Positions 1 through 10,057 of a DNA stretch of 19,577 nucleotides are shown piece by piece (position 1 is the first letter of the stretch; each line of letters begins with the position of its first letter). The DNA is taken from the NCBI RefSeq assembly GCF_000143415.4, contig NW_003314308.1, positions 951,972 through 971,548 of the forward strand, written 5' to 3'. The notes under the pieces are model-generated. The model was not told where the DNA came from. It saw only the letters and a list, made by a program, of their open reading frames with translations, and made no database searches. A program made the translations under genes and the position numbers. This DNA comes from Selaginella moellendorffii (taxonomy: Eukaryota > Plantae > Lycopodiophyta).

Positions 1-430
1 GAAAAAATTTTTGGAAACCCGGGGGCCTTAGGGGGCCTTTAAGGGTCCTCCCCCCCCCTCCCCCCTTGGGGGCCTTTCCCCGGGGGTTGAAAAAAGGTTT
101 TTTTTGGCCCCCCCAAAATTTTAAAGGGGGGGGGCCCCCCAAAGGTGGGGGGGGGGGCTTAACCCTTTGGTTCCCCCAGGGAAAAAAAAGGGGTTTTTTA
201 AAATTTCCCCCAAGCTCCCCGTTTGGCAAGTTAAATTCCCCCCAACCCGGGGTTTCCCCGGGGGTTTTCCCCCCCCCCACCCTGGGGGAAAACCCTTTGG
301 GGGCAAAAAGGGCTTTTTCAACCAAAATGGGCCTTTTGGGGTTTTACCCCCCCCCCCCCCCCTAAAATTTTTTGAAAACCCTTGGAAGCCCCCCCCCCCT
401 TTTTCCCCCCCCCCCCCCCCCCCCCCCCCC
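1..430. other. Low-quality / homopolymer-slippage sequence (probable sequencing artefact)
   Basis: Made almost entirely of C/G/A/T runs. It ends abruptly at a ~26-nt poly-C (405-430), after which normal complexity resumes, as expected if a minus-strand read collapsed after a poly-G. Confidence 0.8.
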
Positions 431-482
431 TCGAGGGATGATCGCTTTGGGTTTTCACCCAACAGCCTGTATTAGTATTCGG
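405..482 (-). mobile_element. Fragment of an LTR related to the large gypsy-derived family (poly-G region)
   Basis: poly-C + tcgagggatgatcgctttgggttttcacccaacagcctgtattagtattcgg resembles poly-C + ttgaggaacatacgctttgggctttcaccccaagcctcccttagtatcagg at 2626-2691 and 9470-9528. Confidence 0.65.
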
Positions 483-695
483 ACTCAGACTCGAACTTGG
501 ACTCAGACTCGGTCTCAGTCTTGGTTCCATCTCAGACTCCATCTCGGGTCCATCTTAGACTCCATCTTAGACTCTATCTCGGGTCCATCTCGAACTCCAT
601 CTCAAGTCCATATCAGACTCCATATCGGACTCCATATCGGGTCCATCTTGGGTCCATCTCAGACTCCATCTCGGACTCTATCTCGGGTCCTCCAT
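481..695. repeat. Degenerate minisatellite: 6-bp GACTC(A/G) units grading into 11-12-bp GACTCCATCTCG / GGTCCATCTCG units
   Basis: Directly visible tandem units. They explain the low-complexity ORFs 372-731 and 497-823. Confidence 0.9.
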
Positions 696-910
696 GTGTC
701 ATGTGTTGGTCCTTTTGTGTCCCTTTTCTAGAGACTTACTTACTGTTTGCTTTGTGCTCGTTCCTTGAGCCCTTTGTTAGGAGTTTCACTTTTGCTCTCA
801 ATTTTTCAAATCGAAGCTTTTAGTCCAAACATGTTATGCTCGTTTGGTTTTCACTTTAGCCACCACCACGTGGCACCCTTTCGGCTCCACTTTGGGGCTT
901 AAGGATTTTA

Positions 911-950
911 TGTCTCACAACTTCACCACCCATAAATGAAGTTCGATGTC
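911..950 (-). mobile_element. Possible decayed PPT / 3'-LTR start of an older element
   Basis: Minus strand reads ...ggacatcgaacttcatttatgggtggtgaagt|TGTGAGACA, resembling the PPT-LTR junction of the TRIM at 1403-1440. No second LTR is identifiable. Confidence 0.35.
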
Positions 951-1241
951 CTTATTGAATGGTAAACACTTTTATAAGTAACACTAACATGTATTACCCT
1001 TTCCATCCTTGGCACCTAGTCAATATTCGTCAATGGTTTGACACTGAAGGCTCACCATGCTTTTTCCATCATTTAAAGAGCATAGTCTCTCCAACATAGA
1101 GACTCATATGACCACTTGGGGTGGTTCTCTCCCTTTTATTCATTTAGTTCTCATTAAAACTCATTAGAGACACCTTCTTTATCTCAATCCCACTACTTAA
1201 TCTTGAGTAGTCTCAGTTTCTATCAATAACCTTTGCACTAT

Positions 1242-1758
1242 TGTAGCGCACCTTATCTCTCTCCCCTTAAGCCAACTGGAAAAGGGGCAATTGCTTGATG
1301 AGAGAGCCCTTAGTGGCTATTTTATCCCCATTTATCCCCCAAGGTTCCAAGGATTCACGGTGATAGTATATCCAAATCTCATCCCATGATCACATGCGCT
1401 ACACTCACCCCCCCCTTAAAAGATGTCAATGTCCTCATTGACTATTGACTAGCAACCCCTACTGAGCCAAGGGGAACTAGCACCTCCATTTCCGCACTTA
1501 ATCTACCAATCCTTCCATTATGTAGACCAGCTATTCCACGTGAGGCAACTAGTCATCCACCCGTACCGCAGTCCCACGGTGGATACCTTCGTCCATGGAT
1601 ACTCCACACAAGAGGAAGGACGTACGCATGAATGTCCAATACGTACGATTTCAATTTTAGGGGTAGGAATATACCTTGCTCAAGGGTATATTATATTTTT
1701 AAGTAGCCACTAATCAATGGGAATCAAACCCGTGCCATTTGCTCTGATACCAACTGTA
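1242..1758 (-). mobile_element. TRIM (miniature LTR retrotransposon) lacking its 5' LTR
   Basis: 162-bp LTR at 1242-1403 with 9-bp terminal inverted repeats (TGTAGCGCA...TGCGCTACA), G-rich PPT at 1404-1417, tRNA-Met PBS TGGTATCAGAGC at 1741-1752 and a ~350-bp noncoding interior. Confidence 0.8.
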
Positions 1759-2163
1759 TTAACATTCAAATGAACTGAGTAGCAAATTGAATTAGTTGTG
1801 TTCTAGACGAGGTTATTTAGTAGGGGTTGAGCTTCAGCTTTTCCTTGAAAAGTGATTTAGTCGTGGATAACACTAACTTTACGAGATGATGAGTTAGTGA
1901 TCGATATTGGATATTTGAATCCTTATGGGATTTTAGTTGAAATATATCGATCATTGATGATTCTTCTTATATTTGTTATGATGTGAGTTACGTCTTGCTA
2001 TAGATGGATTCATGGAGGATCGTTTGGTGATCACTTGTCGAGCATAACTTCGTTATGCTTAGCTTTTGGATAGATGCAGGCATGCTCTTCATTAGCTTTG
2101 CATTATAAAGTCTAGCTTATGGATGTGTTGAAGAGGATATTGTGGGTTATACCATGATTTCTT
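1751..2163 (+). mobile_element. Fragment of the 3' internal region of the large gypsy-derived element
   Basis: Colinear with 9025-9440 (roughly 90% identity by eye). Confidence 0.9.
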
Positions 2164-4809
2164 TGTGCCAAGTGACAGATGCCACGTGTCCATGCCACGT
2201 GTCCATAGGAACCTGAGGTTCAGGGCCTTGGGCCACTGAACGAAGGAACGGTGCCAAACTCCCAAGCATGGAGCTAAGGAGTGACGGAACCGAACCACGG
2301 AACAACTCCCGAGCATAAAGCCCAAGGAGCGAAGGGACAGGAGCCCGGAGCGACTTGGAACAGTCCTAGAGTAACCAGCATCCCAATGCCAGGACCAGCA
2401 CGCAAAACGGAGCCAAACGAAGTTTGGCGCTATTTCAGCATACCGGTGGCCTAACGCGAGAACATGGGTACTCCACCAGCTAGCATGGAATGGAACTTGG
2501 GCTTAGACCCAAGCCGGACACAGAACAAGGACAGGCACGCAAGTGGGAGCTAGACTATGCCTCAAGTTAGTCGGCCATGCCCGACCTACCCACTATCCCT
2601 ACTATACATTTGGAACCCCCCACAGCCCCCCCCCCCCCCATTGAGGAACATACGCTTTGGGCTTTCACCCCAAGCCTCCCTTAGTATCAGGAGTTAGTCT
2701 CTGGGACAAGTTCGAAACTTACTAAATATGGAATGTCCCTAGATTGCGAATTTGGACACGGGACGAACACTATTGTATTCAGGACGATCTCTACATTCTG
2801 TAGATATACCAAATGAGCAAATCTGGACACTTTCCATAAATAGCATTTGGGACCGAAATGAGACTAACACAAAGGGCATGATAGCAAGGGTGTTTGGCAG
2901 ACACGGTAAGCTATCATGTAGCGATATTGAGGGACTAATCTCAATACGCGAGGGTTCTTGTCAAGCCAATGCAAGACAGAGCAAAAGAGAACTAACAAGA
3001 GTCTAACAAATTGCAAGGTGCAACCTGCCACCAAGCATAACGCTACAAAAGAAAGGCACAAGGGTCACCTTTCTAGAAAAGTGCAATGGCCACTTTTCTA
3101 CACTAACTCCAGACTCTATCCAACTCAATTGCCTTAGCCCCAAAAGTCAGCATCCCTTTCAGGCCGCATCATACAAACTACATACTAAGGTTTAAGCCAA
3201 CCGAAGTCAACTCCAACCCCTTCACTAGTTTGTACTGGCTTACGAAAATGGAATGGTTTTCGGACAAAGTGATAACAGATCAGCTATTGGAAAAGTCTAA
3301 TAAAATTTGTGGAAAATTTCCATCCTAGAGAAAGAATGACTCTCAGTCTAGGAATACAAACTTTCAAGACTCAACCAACTTCCTCCTACTAACAACTTCA
3401 CATAGGTTCACCTCAACACAAATTCTCATGACCCATAGTATGCTTAAGCCTCGAACATCTTTTTGCCCATTCTTTCGACATCCAACACCGATATCCGTAA
3501 AAATGCAAATGGAATATCCAAGGCTTGATCACGAAGACCACATCTTCGGATATCCACATTGCACTAACACTGTTCTTCAACCACCTTCAAGATCCAATGT
3601 GAAGCCAAAACACTAATAAGAAAAATGACATGGAAAATCAAGCTCTAAGGAAAATTCCTCATTACTCGAATCAACAATACCACTTCCACTAACACAAGTG
3701 CTAGCGATGTTAATGCCTCAACTACACACCTTCTCCATCCAACAATCTACTTTAAGTGTTAACGGATAAACCAACAAGCCATAGCAAATAACCCTTTCCA
3801 ACACCTTATGGGCAAACCCTCAAGGAAACAAGGAACCAACTTAAGCTTAGCATAATGGACCACCATCGAGAATCCAGTCAAAGCTACTACAATGCTACTT
3901 CGTGCAAGTAGACTAGCTTCACTATCAACCACTTTGGGGTTGATCATCGCTTAACCACGCAACTTCGTAAACACATTACTCATTATCACATGGATATGAT
4001 ATAGAAATTACAATGACTTGATCATCAATTGAGCAACACCACGAGCAATGCCAATGTTATTACTTCAAAGGTTTATGTGAGTATCAAGTGCCAACTCAAT
4101 TCGACAAAATGCAACATAAATGCTACACTCCACCGATAGAGACTTACAACACTGAACACAACCAACTTTTGTTCATAACACGAAAAGGCTCATGCCACTC
4201 GCTTTCCGACCAAACTCAAAACTTAACCCAACACCAAGCTACTCAAGGAGCAATAGTAAAGTTCCCCAGAAAAGAATTGAGCATTGCAATCCAAGTCTTT
4301 CAATAGCAAGCCTAGACAAAATGGTTTAGCGCTTCACCGCTATCCATCCCATAACTCACCATTTGTAAGACCATCATCTCCAACATGCATCAAGGTAAGG
4401 ACTCTTGATTGCATGATGTGAACACGAGCAATGAGTTAACACCTCGTTGCAAATCATCTCTCCAAGAAGAAAAGATGATTTACGTGTTTGATCCTCCGTC
4501 CCTGATGACTCTCTTTTCGGTCTCATCTTTGACCAAACCTCAAACTTGCTTTCGCACTGCCTTCAGTCCAATCCAAGAAAAGTTTATGAGAGAGCATGGC
4601 AATGATTACTTGAACCAATAGACTAATCCCTACAGTCTTAGTTGATCCACTTGTAATCATGCCTAGGAAGGATCTACTAGTGCCGTGCTAAACAACTACG
4701 GACCAACCTATTTGCCACTCATAGCAAACCCAGGGAAGGTTTGCTTTCACTCACGGTACATGGAACAACTCATGGAACCACTGATAGGCTAACATTAATC
4801 CTGCCAACT
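2160..4809 (-). mobile_element. Inverted copy of the large gypsy-derived element: partial 3' LTR (2160-2999) plus internal region (3000-4809)
   Basis: 2160-2999 is the reverse complement of LTR positions ~5030-5863, and 3000-4809 is the reverse complement of ~6230-8054. A deletion junction lies at ~2999. Confidence 0.9.
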
Positions 4810-5940
4810 TGTCGCGCATATGACTTCGGGTATCGAAAGTTACCTGTCGACCTGTCCTTACGGACACTCTTACCTTACTGCCACGATGGCAGGAGGTCGG
4901 TATTGCTGGACCCGTTATCAGTCTCCGCCTAAGCTAGTTGAGAAACTGGTCTTCGCGTGTGCACTTGACCAGATGAGCATAAGGAAGGAATTCCTAAGTG
5001 TCTATTTAGTCAAGCATACTTGACCTGGTTAGAGAAACTCATTCGTTGACTTGCACTTGCTAGTGTTGGGAACCCCCGTGATATTGAGCTTGGTCCCTCA
5101 ATATCGCAAGATGATAGCTTACCGTGTCTGCCAAACACCCTCGCTATCATGCCCTTTGTGTTAGTCTCATTTCGGTCCCAAATGCTATTTATGGAAAGTG
5201 TCCAGATTTGCTCATTTGGCATATCTACGGAATGTAAAGATCGTCCTGAACACAATGGTGTTCGTCCCATGTCCAAATTCGCAATCTAAGGACATTCCAT
5301 ATTTAGTAAGTTTCGAGCTTGTCCCAGAGACTAACTCCTAATACTAAGGGAGGCTTGGGGTGAAAGCCCAAAGCGTGTGTTCCTCAAGGGGGGGGGGTTG
5401 TGGGGGGTTCCAAATGTATAGTAGGGATAGTGGGTAGGTCGGGCATGGCCGACCAACCTGAGGCATAGTCTAGCTCCCGCTTGCGTGCCTGTCCTTGTTC
5501 TGCGTCCGGCTTGGGTCTAAGCCCAAGTTCCATTCCATGCTAGTTGGTGGAGTACCCATATCCTCGCGTTAGGCCACCGGTATGCTGAAATAGCGCCAGA
5601 CTCCGTTTGGCTCCGTTTTGCGTGCTGGTCCTGGCATTGGGATGCTGGTTACTCTAGGACTGTTCCAAGTCGCTCCGGGCTCCTGTCCCTTCGCTCCTTG
5701 GGCTTCATGCTCGGGAGTTGCTCCGTGGTTCGGTTCTGTCACTCCTCGGCTCCATGCTTGGGAGTTTGGCACCGTTCCTTCGTTCAGTGGCCCAAGGCCT
5801 TGAACCTCGGGTCCTGTGGACACGTGGCATGTGACACGTGGCATCTGTCACGTGGCACAAAGAGGGTTTAGGTTCTGCTTCGTGGTGTTATCCTATGGTA
5901 AATCACCATAGGATAAAAGGTCAAAACCACGTGCGCTACA
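4810..5940 (+). repeat. Complete ~1131-bp 5' LTR
   Basis: Starts TGTCGCGCA and ends TGCGCTACA (8/9 inverted match). It is followed by a PBS after 2 nt, and the same 5' boundary recurs at 10057. Confidence 0.85.
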
Positions 5941-5942
5941 TT

Positions 5943-5953
5943 TGGTATCAGAG
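5943..5953 (+). promoter_or_regulatory. Primer-binding site (initiator tRNA-Met)
   Basis: TGGTATCAGAG directly after the LTR-terminal CA. Confidence 0.9.
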
Positions 5954-8463
5954 GTATGAGTCTCAGCGAGTACTATTCAATGAGATTGGGCAACTAGTCT
6001 CGTTGCATACGTAGAGATGAAAACGATGATCCGAGTGGGTACACGTTTTGGTGCAAAGACTTCGCATTGGTTCCTTGGGATAGGTTTTGGGTTACCTTGT
6101 TGTACCTTATGATGTGAGCTTGCGCTTGGGCTCATAGGATGGATTGGAGATGTTCCATTTGCACGAGTTTGAGCTTGGGCTCGTGAGTGAGGCGCATTAG
6201 CAACTTGAGGTTACACTTTAAGTTGGCAGGATTAATGTAAGCCTATCGATGGTTCCAGTGGTTCCATGAGTTGTTCCATGTACCGTGGGTGAAAGTAAAC
6301 TTTCCCTGAGTTTGCTATGAGTGGCAAATAGGCTGGTCCGTAGCTGTTTAGCACGGCACTAGTGGATCCTTCCTAGGCATGATTATAATTGGATCAGTCA
6401 AGACTGTAGGGAATAGTCTATTGGTTCAAGTAATCATTGCCGTGCTCTCTCATAAACTTTTCTTCGATTGAACTGAAGGCAGTGCGAAAGCAAGCTTGAG
6501 GTTTGGTCAAAGATGAGACCGAAAAGAGAGTCATCGAGGACGGAGGATCAAATACGTAAATCATTTTCTCTTCTTGGAGAGATGATTTGCAACGAGGTGT
6601 TAACTCATTGCTTGTGTTCACATTATGCAATCAAGAGTCCCTACCTTGATGCATGTTGGAAGTGATGGTCTTACAAGTGGTGAGTTATGGGATGGATAGT
6701 GGTGAAACACTAAACCATTTTTGTCTAGACTCACTATTGGAAGACTTGGGTTGCAATGCTCAATTCTTTTCCGGGGAACCTTGCTATTGCTCCTTGAAGT
6801 AGCTTGGTGTTGGATTAGTGTTGAGTTTGGTCGGAAAGAGAGTGGCATGAGCTTGTCCGTGTTGTGAACAAAAGTTAGTGGTGTTGGGTGTCGTAAACCT
6901 CTATTGGTGGAGTGTGGCATTTATGTTGCATTTGGTCGAATCGAGTTGACACTTGATACTCACATAAACATTTGTAGTAATGACATTGGCATTGCTCGTG
7001 GTGTTGCTCAATTGATGATCAAGTCATTGTGATGCTTATATCATATCCATGTGATAAAGAGTAATGCGTTTACGAAGTTGCTTGGGTAAATGATGATCAA
7101 CCCCAAAGTGGTTGATGGACAAGCTAGTCTACTTACACGAAGTAGCATTGTAGTAGCTTTGATTGGATTCTCTATAGTGGTCCATTATGCTAAGCTTAAG
7201 TAGGTACCTTGTTTCCTTAAGTTTGCCCACTAAGGTGTTGGAAAAGGGTTGTAGCATTCATTTGCTATAGCTTGTCGGTTGATCCGTTAGCACTTGGAGT
7301 AGATTGTTGGATGGAGAAGATGTGGAGTTGGGGCATTGACGTCACTAGCACTTGTGTTAGTGGAAGTGGCATTGTTATTTCAAGTGATGAGGAATTTTCC
7401 TTGGACCTTGATTTTTCCATGTCATTTTTCTTGTTAGTGTTTTGGCTTCACATTGGATCTTGAAGATGATTGAAGAAGAGTGTTAGTGCAATGTGGATAT
7501 CCGAAGATGTGGTCTTCGTGATCAAGCCTTGGATGTTCATTTTGCACTTTGCGGATGTCGGAGTTGGATGTCAGGAAAATGGGCAAAGATGTTCGATGCT
7601 TAAGCATGCTATTGGGTCATGAGAATTTGTGTTGAGGTGAATCTATGTGAAGTTGTTGGTAGGAGGAAGTTGGTTGAGTCCTGAAAGTTTGCATTCCTGG
7701 ACTGAGAGTCATTCTTTCTCTAGGATGGAAAATTTTCCACAAATTTTCTTAGACTTTTCCAATGGCTGATCTATTGATCACTTTGCTCGAAAACCATTCC
7801 ATTTTCGAAAGCCAGTACAAACTAGTGAAGGGGTTGGAGTTGACTTCGGTTGGCTTAGATCTTAGTAGGTAGTTTGTATGATGTGACCCGAAAGGGATGC
7901 TAACTTTTGGGGCTAAAGCAATTGAGTTGGATAGAGTCTGGAGTTGGTGTAGAAAAGTGGCCGCTGCACTTTTCTAAGAAAGGTGACTCTTATGCCTTTC
8001 TTTTGTAGCATTATGCTCGGTGGCAGGTTGCACCTTGCATTTCGCTAAGACTCTATGAGAGTAGTGAGCTCTCATTGATCTTGACTTAGTCTTGGCAGCC
8101 CTGCACCTTGGCTAAGGATGGTGATGTCCAACTTAGTTGTTTGAGGTTGAGATGTTGGTACCCGTACTATAGCTTTGTCTATGAGGAGGTTGTGTACCGA
8201 TGTGAGTTCATCTCATGGTCTTCACTTTAGTTTCGACTGAGTGTTGATCATGCATAGCTAGCCTCTTCAAGGCATGCTCAGAGCTAGTGGCTAAATGTTT
8301 TAGTGAGCTTATTACGGTTGAGTTGGATTCGAGTGGTCATTTAGTTTGTGCTTGTCCATGAACTTTTATCTCATGTTTGAGGTATTATGTTTATGCTAGA
8401 TAAGTATATAACTTGATGACAAGAGTTGGTGTTTGAGTCTTGTGAACGCAAGTTGAGGAGTGA

Positions 8464-8720
8464 TTGTTAGTTGCTTTGCGACTAGTGATTACTTGTAGAC
8501 TTCATCAAGGACCGTTGACACTTGCTTTGCTCGATGATGATTTAGCAGTGGTGGGCTTGCTTTACCGAATAGTGTTGCGGAGGATCGTGTCGTTAGACAT
8601 ACATGGGTTTTCCATGTTGACATGTCGACTCTACCTCTGTCGATATCATTTGGTTACATTTAGTCCGTAGTGTTGGATTTCATTGAGTCTTGGACGTGGT
8701 GAATCACTCCTTGATGATGT
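8464..8720 (+). pseudogene. Remnant of gypsy integrase C-terminus (GPY/F module) and possible chromodomain
   Basis: ORF 8464-8670 gives GP..., YRIVL, LDIH. A frameshift restores VFHVDM (8607-8624), matching the consensus GPF...AYRL.LP...IHPVFHVS. Confidence 0.6.
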
Positions 8721-9467
8721 GTTATCTGTAACTGAGTATTGTTAGAGGATTGGTCTCGGTTACTAATTAAAGTATCTTCGACTTTGGTTAGCTTGGTTGC
8801 TGGAAAGCTCCGAGTGGTGATTCACTCATGCTTTCTTCTAGCTTTGTTTTGGTGTTGATGGCATTAAAGTGATGCTTTGTCATTGACATTGTTGATATTG
8901 AGATCTGAGTGAAATGAGATATCCTTCCAAGGATTGATATTGAGTTTCATTAGTCTTGATGAATATAGTGTTGATGATTTGGCTATAGCTTTGTGTTGTT
9001 GGCATTCGTGCATTTGCTAGTTAGCAACTGTGTTGACGTTCAAACGAACTGAGTGGCAAGTTGAGTTAGTTGTGTTCTAGACGAGATTATTTAGTAGAGG
9101 GTTGAGCTTTAGCTTTTCCTTGAAAAGTGATTTAGTCGTGGACTATGCTAACTCTACGAGAAGAAGAGTTAGTGATCGATATTAGAATGTTGAGTCCTTG
9201 CTGGATTTGAGTTCGGAATATAGCAATCATTAATGATTCTTTTTGAGCTTGTTATGAAGTGAGTTACGTCTTGCTATAGATGGATTCATGGAGGATCGTT
9301 TGATGATCACTTGTTAAGCATAGCTTCGTTATGCTTAGCTTTTGGATTGATGCAGAAATGCTCTTCATTAGCTTTGGCATTATGAAGTTTGGCTTATGGA
9401 TGTGTTGAGGAAGATATTGTGGGTTGCACCATGATTTCTTCTTTAGCATTGAAGTTAGCTTCATTGA

Positions 9468-10057
9468 AGCCCCCCCATTGAGGAACACACGCTTTGGGCT
9501 TTCACCCCAAGCCTCCCTTAGTATCAGGAGTTAGTCTCTGGGACAAGTTCGAAACTTACTAAATATGGAATGTCCCTAGATTGCGAATTTGGACACGGGA
9601 CGAACACTATTGTGTTCAGGACGATCTCTACATTCTGTAGATATACCAAATGAGCAAATTTGGACACTTTCCATAAATAGCATTTGGGACCGAAATGAGA
9701 CTAACACAAAGGGCATGATAGCGAGGGTGTTTGGCAGACACGGTAAGCTATCATGTAGCGATATTGAGGGACTAATCTCAATACGCGAGGGTTCTTGTCA
9801 AGCCAGTGCAAGACAGAGCAAAAGAGAACTAACAAGCCGAGCCAAGTATGCTCAGCTAAATAGACACTTAGGAATTCCTTCCTTATGCTCATCCGGCCAA
9901 GTACAGATGCAAAGTCCAGTTTACTAACACTTGAACAAGAGGGGCTAATAAAGGGAACCAGCAGTACCGACCTCCTGCCATCGTGGCAGTAAGGTAAGAG
10001 TGTCCGTAAGGACTGGTCGACAGGTAACTTTTGATACCCAAAGTCACATTCGCGACA
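9468..10057 (-). repeat. 5' half of an inverted LTR (likely the 5' LTR of the 2160-4809 copy)
   Basis: Begins TGTCGCG at 10057 and ends at the poly-G. It differs from 2641-2999 at only ~5 of ~360 positions and shares variants absent from the 4810-5940 LTR. Confidence 0.85.

Larger units (their letters stand above)
4810..9469 (+). mobile_element. Non-autonomous Ty3/gypsy-derived (LARD-like, probably chromoviral) element, 3'-truncated
   Basis: LTR + PBS + 3.5-kb interior with no long ORF. Remnant motifs: protease-like VDT*YSH ~6945-6965, RT-like VVFVIK ~7508, integrase GPY/F-like RLHQGPL...LYRIVL...IH/VFHVDM 8497-8624, and possible chromodomain YHLVTF...TW ~8644-8705. Confidence 0.8.

Noticed and set aside
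66-823. Pro/Gly/Ser-rich ORFs
   Set aside because: They arise from homopolymer noise and a minisatellite that lacks stop codons.
5399-5940. Reading this as a 542-bp LTR shared by tandem elements (PPT before, PBS after)
   Set aside because: Terminal inverted repeats and the identical boundary at 4810 and 10057 support a 1131-bp LTR, so the G-run is internal.
2752-9927. Recurring ORF MDTGRTLL...FGRHGKLS (2752, 5010-5276, 9589)
   Set aside because: It is antisense within LTR copies, starts at TTG and has variable C-termini. Repeat identity explains the recurrence.
2160-10057. Inversions as whole-genome-amplification foldback chimeras
   Set aside because: The oppositely oriented copies differ by many substitutions and subfamily-specific blocks, so they are not copies of one template.
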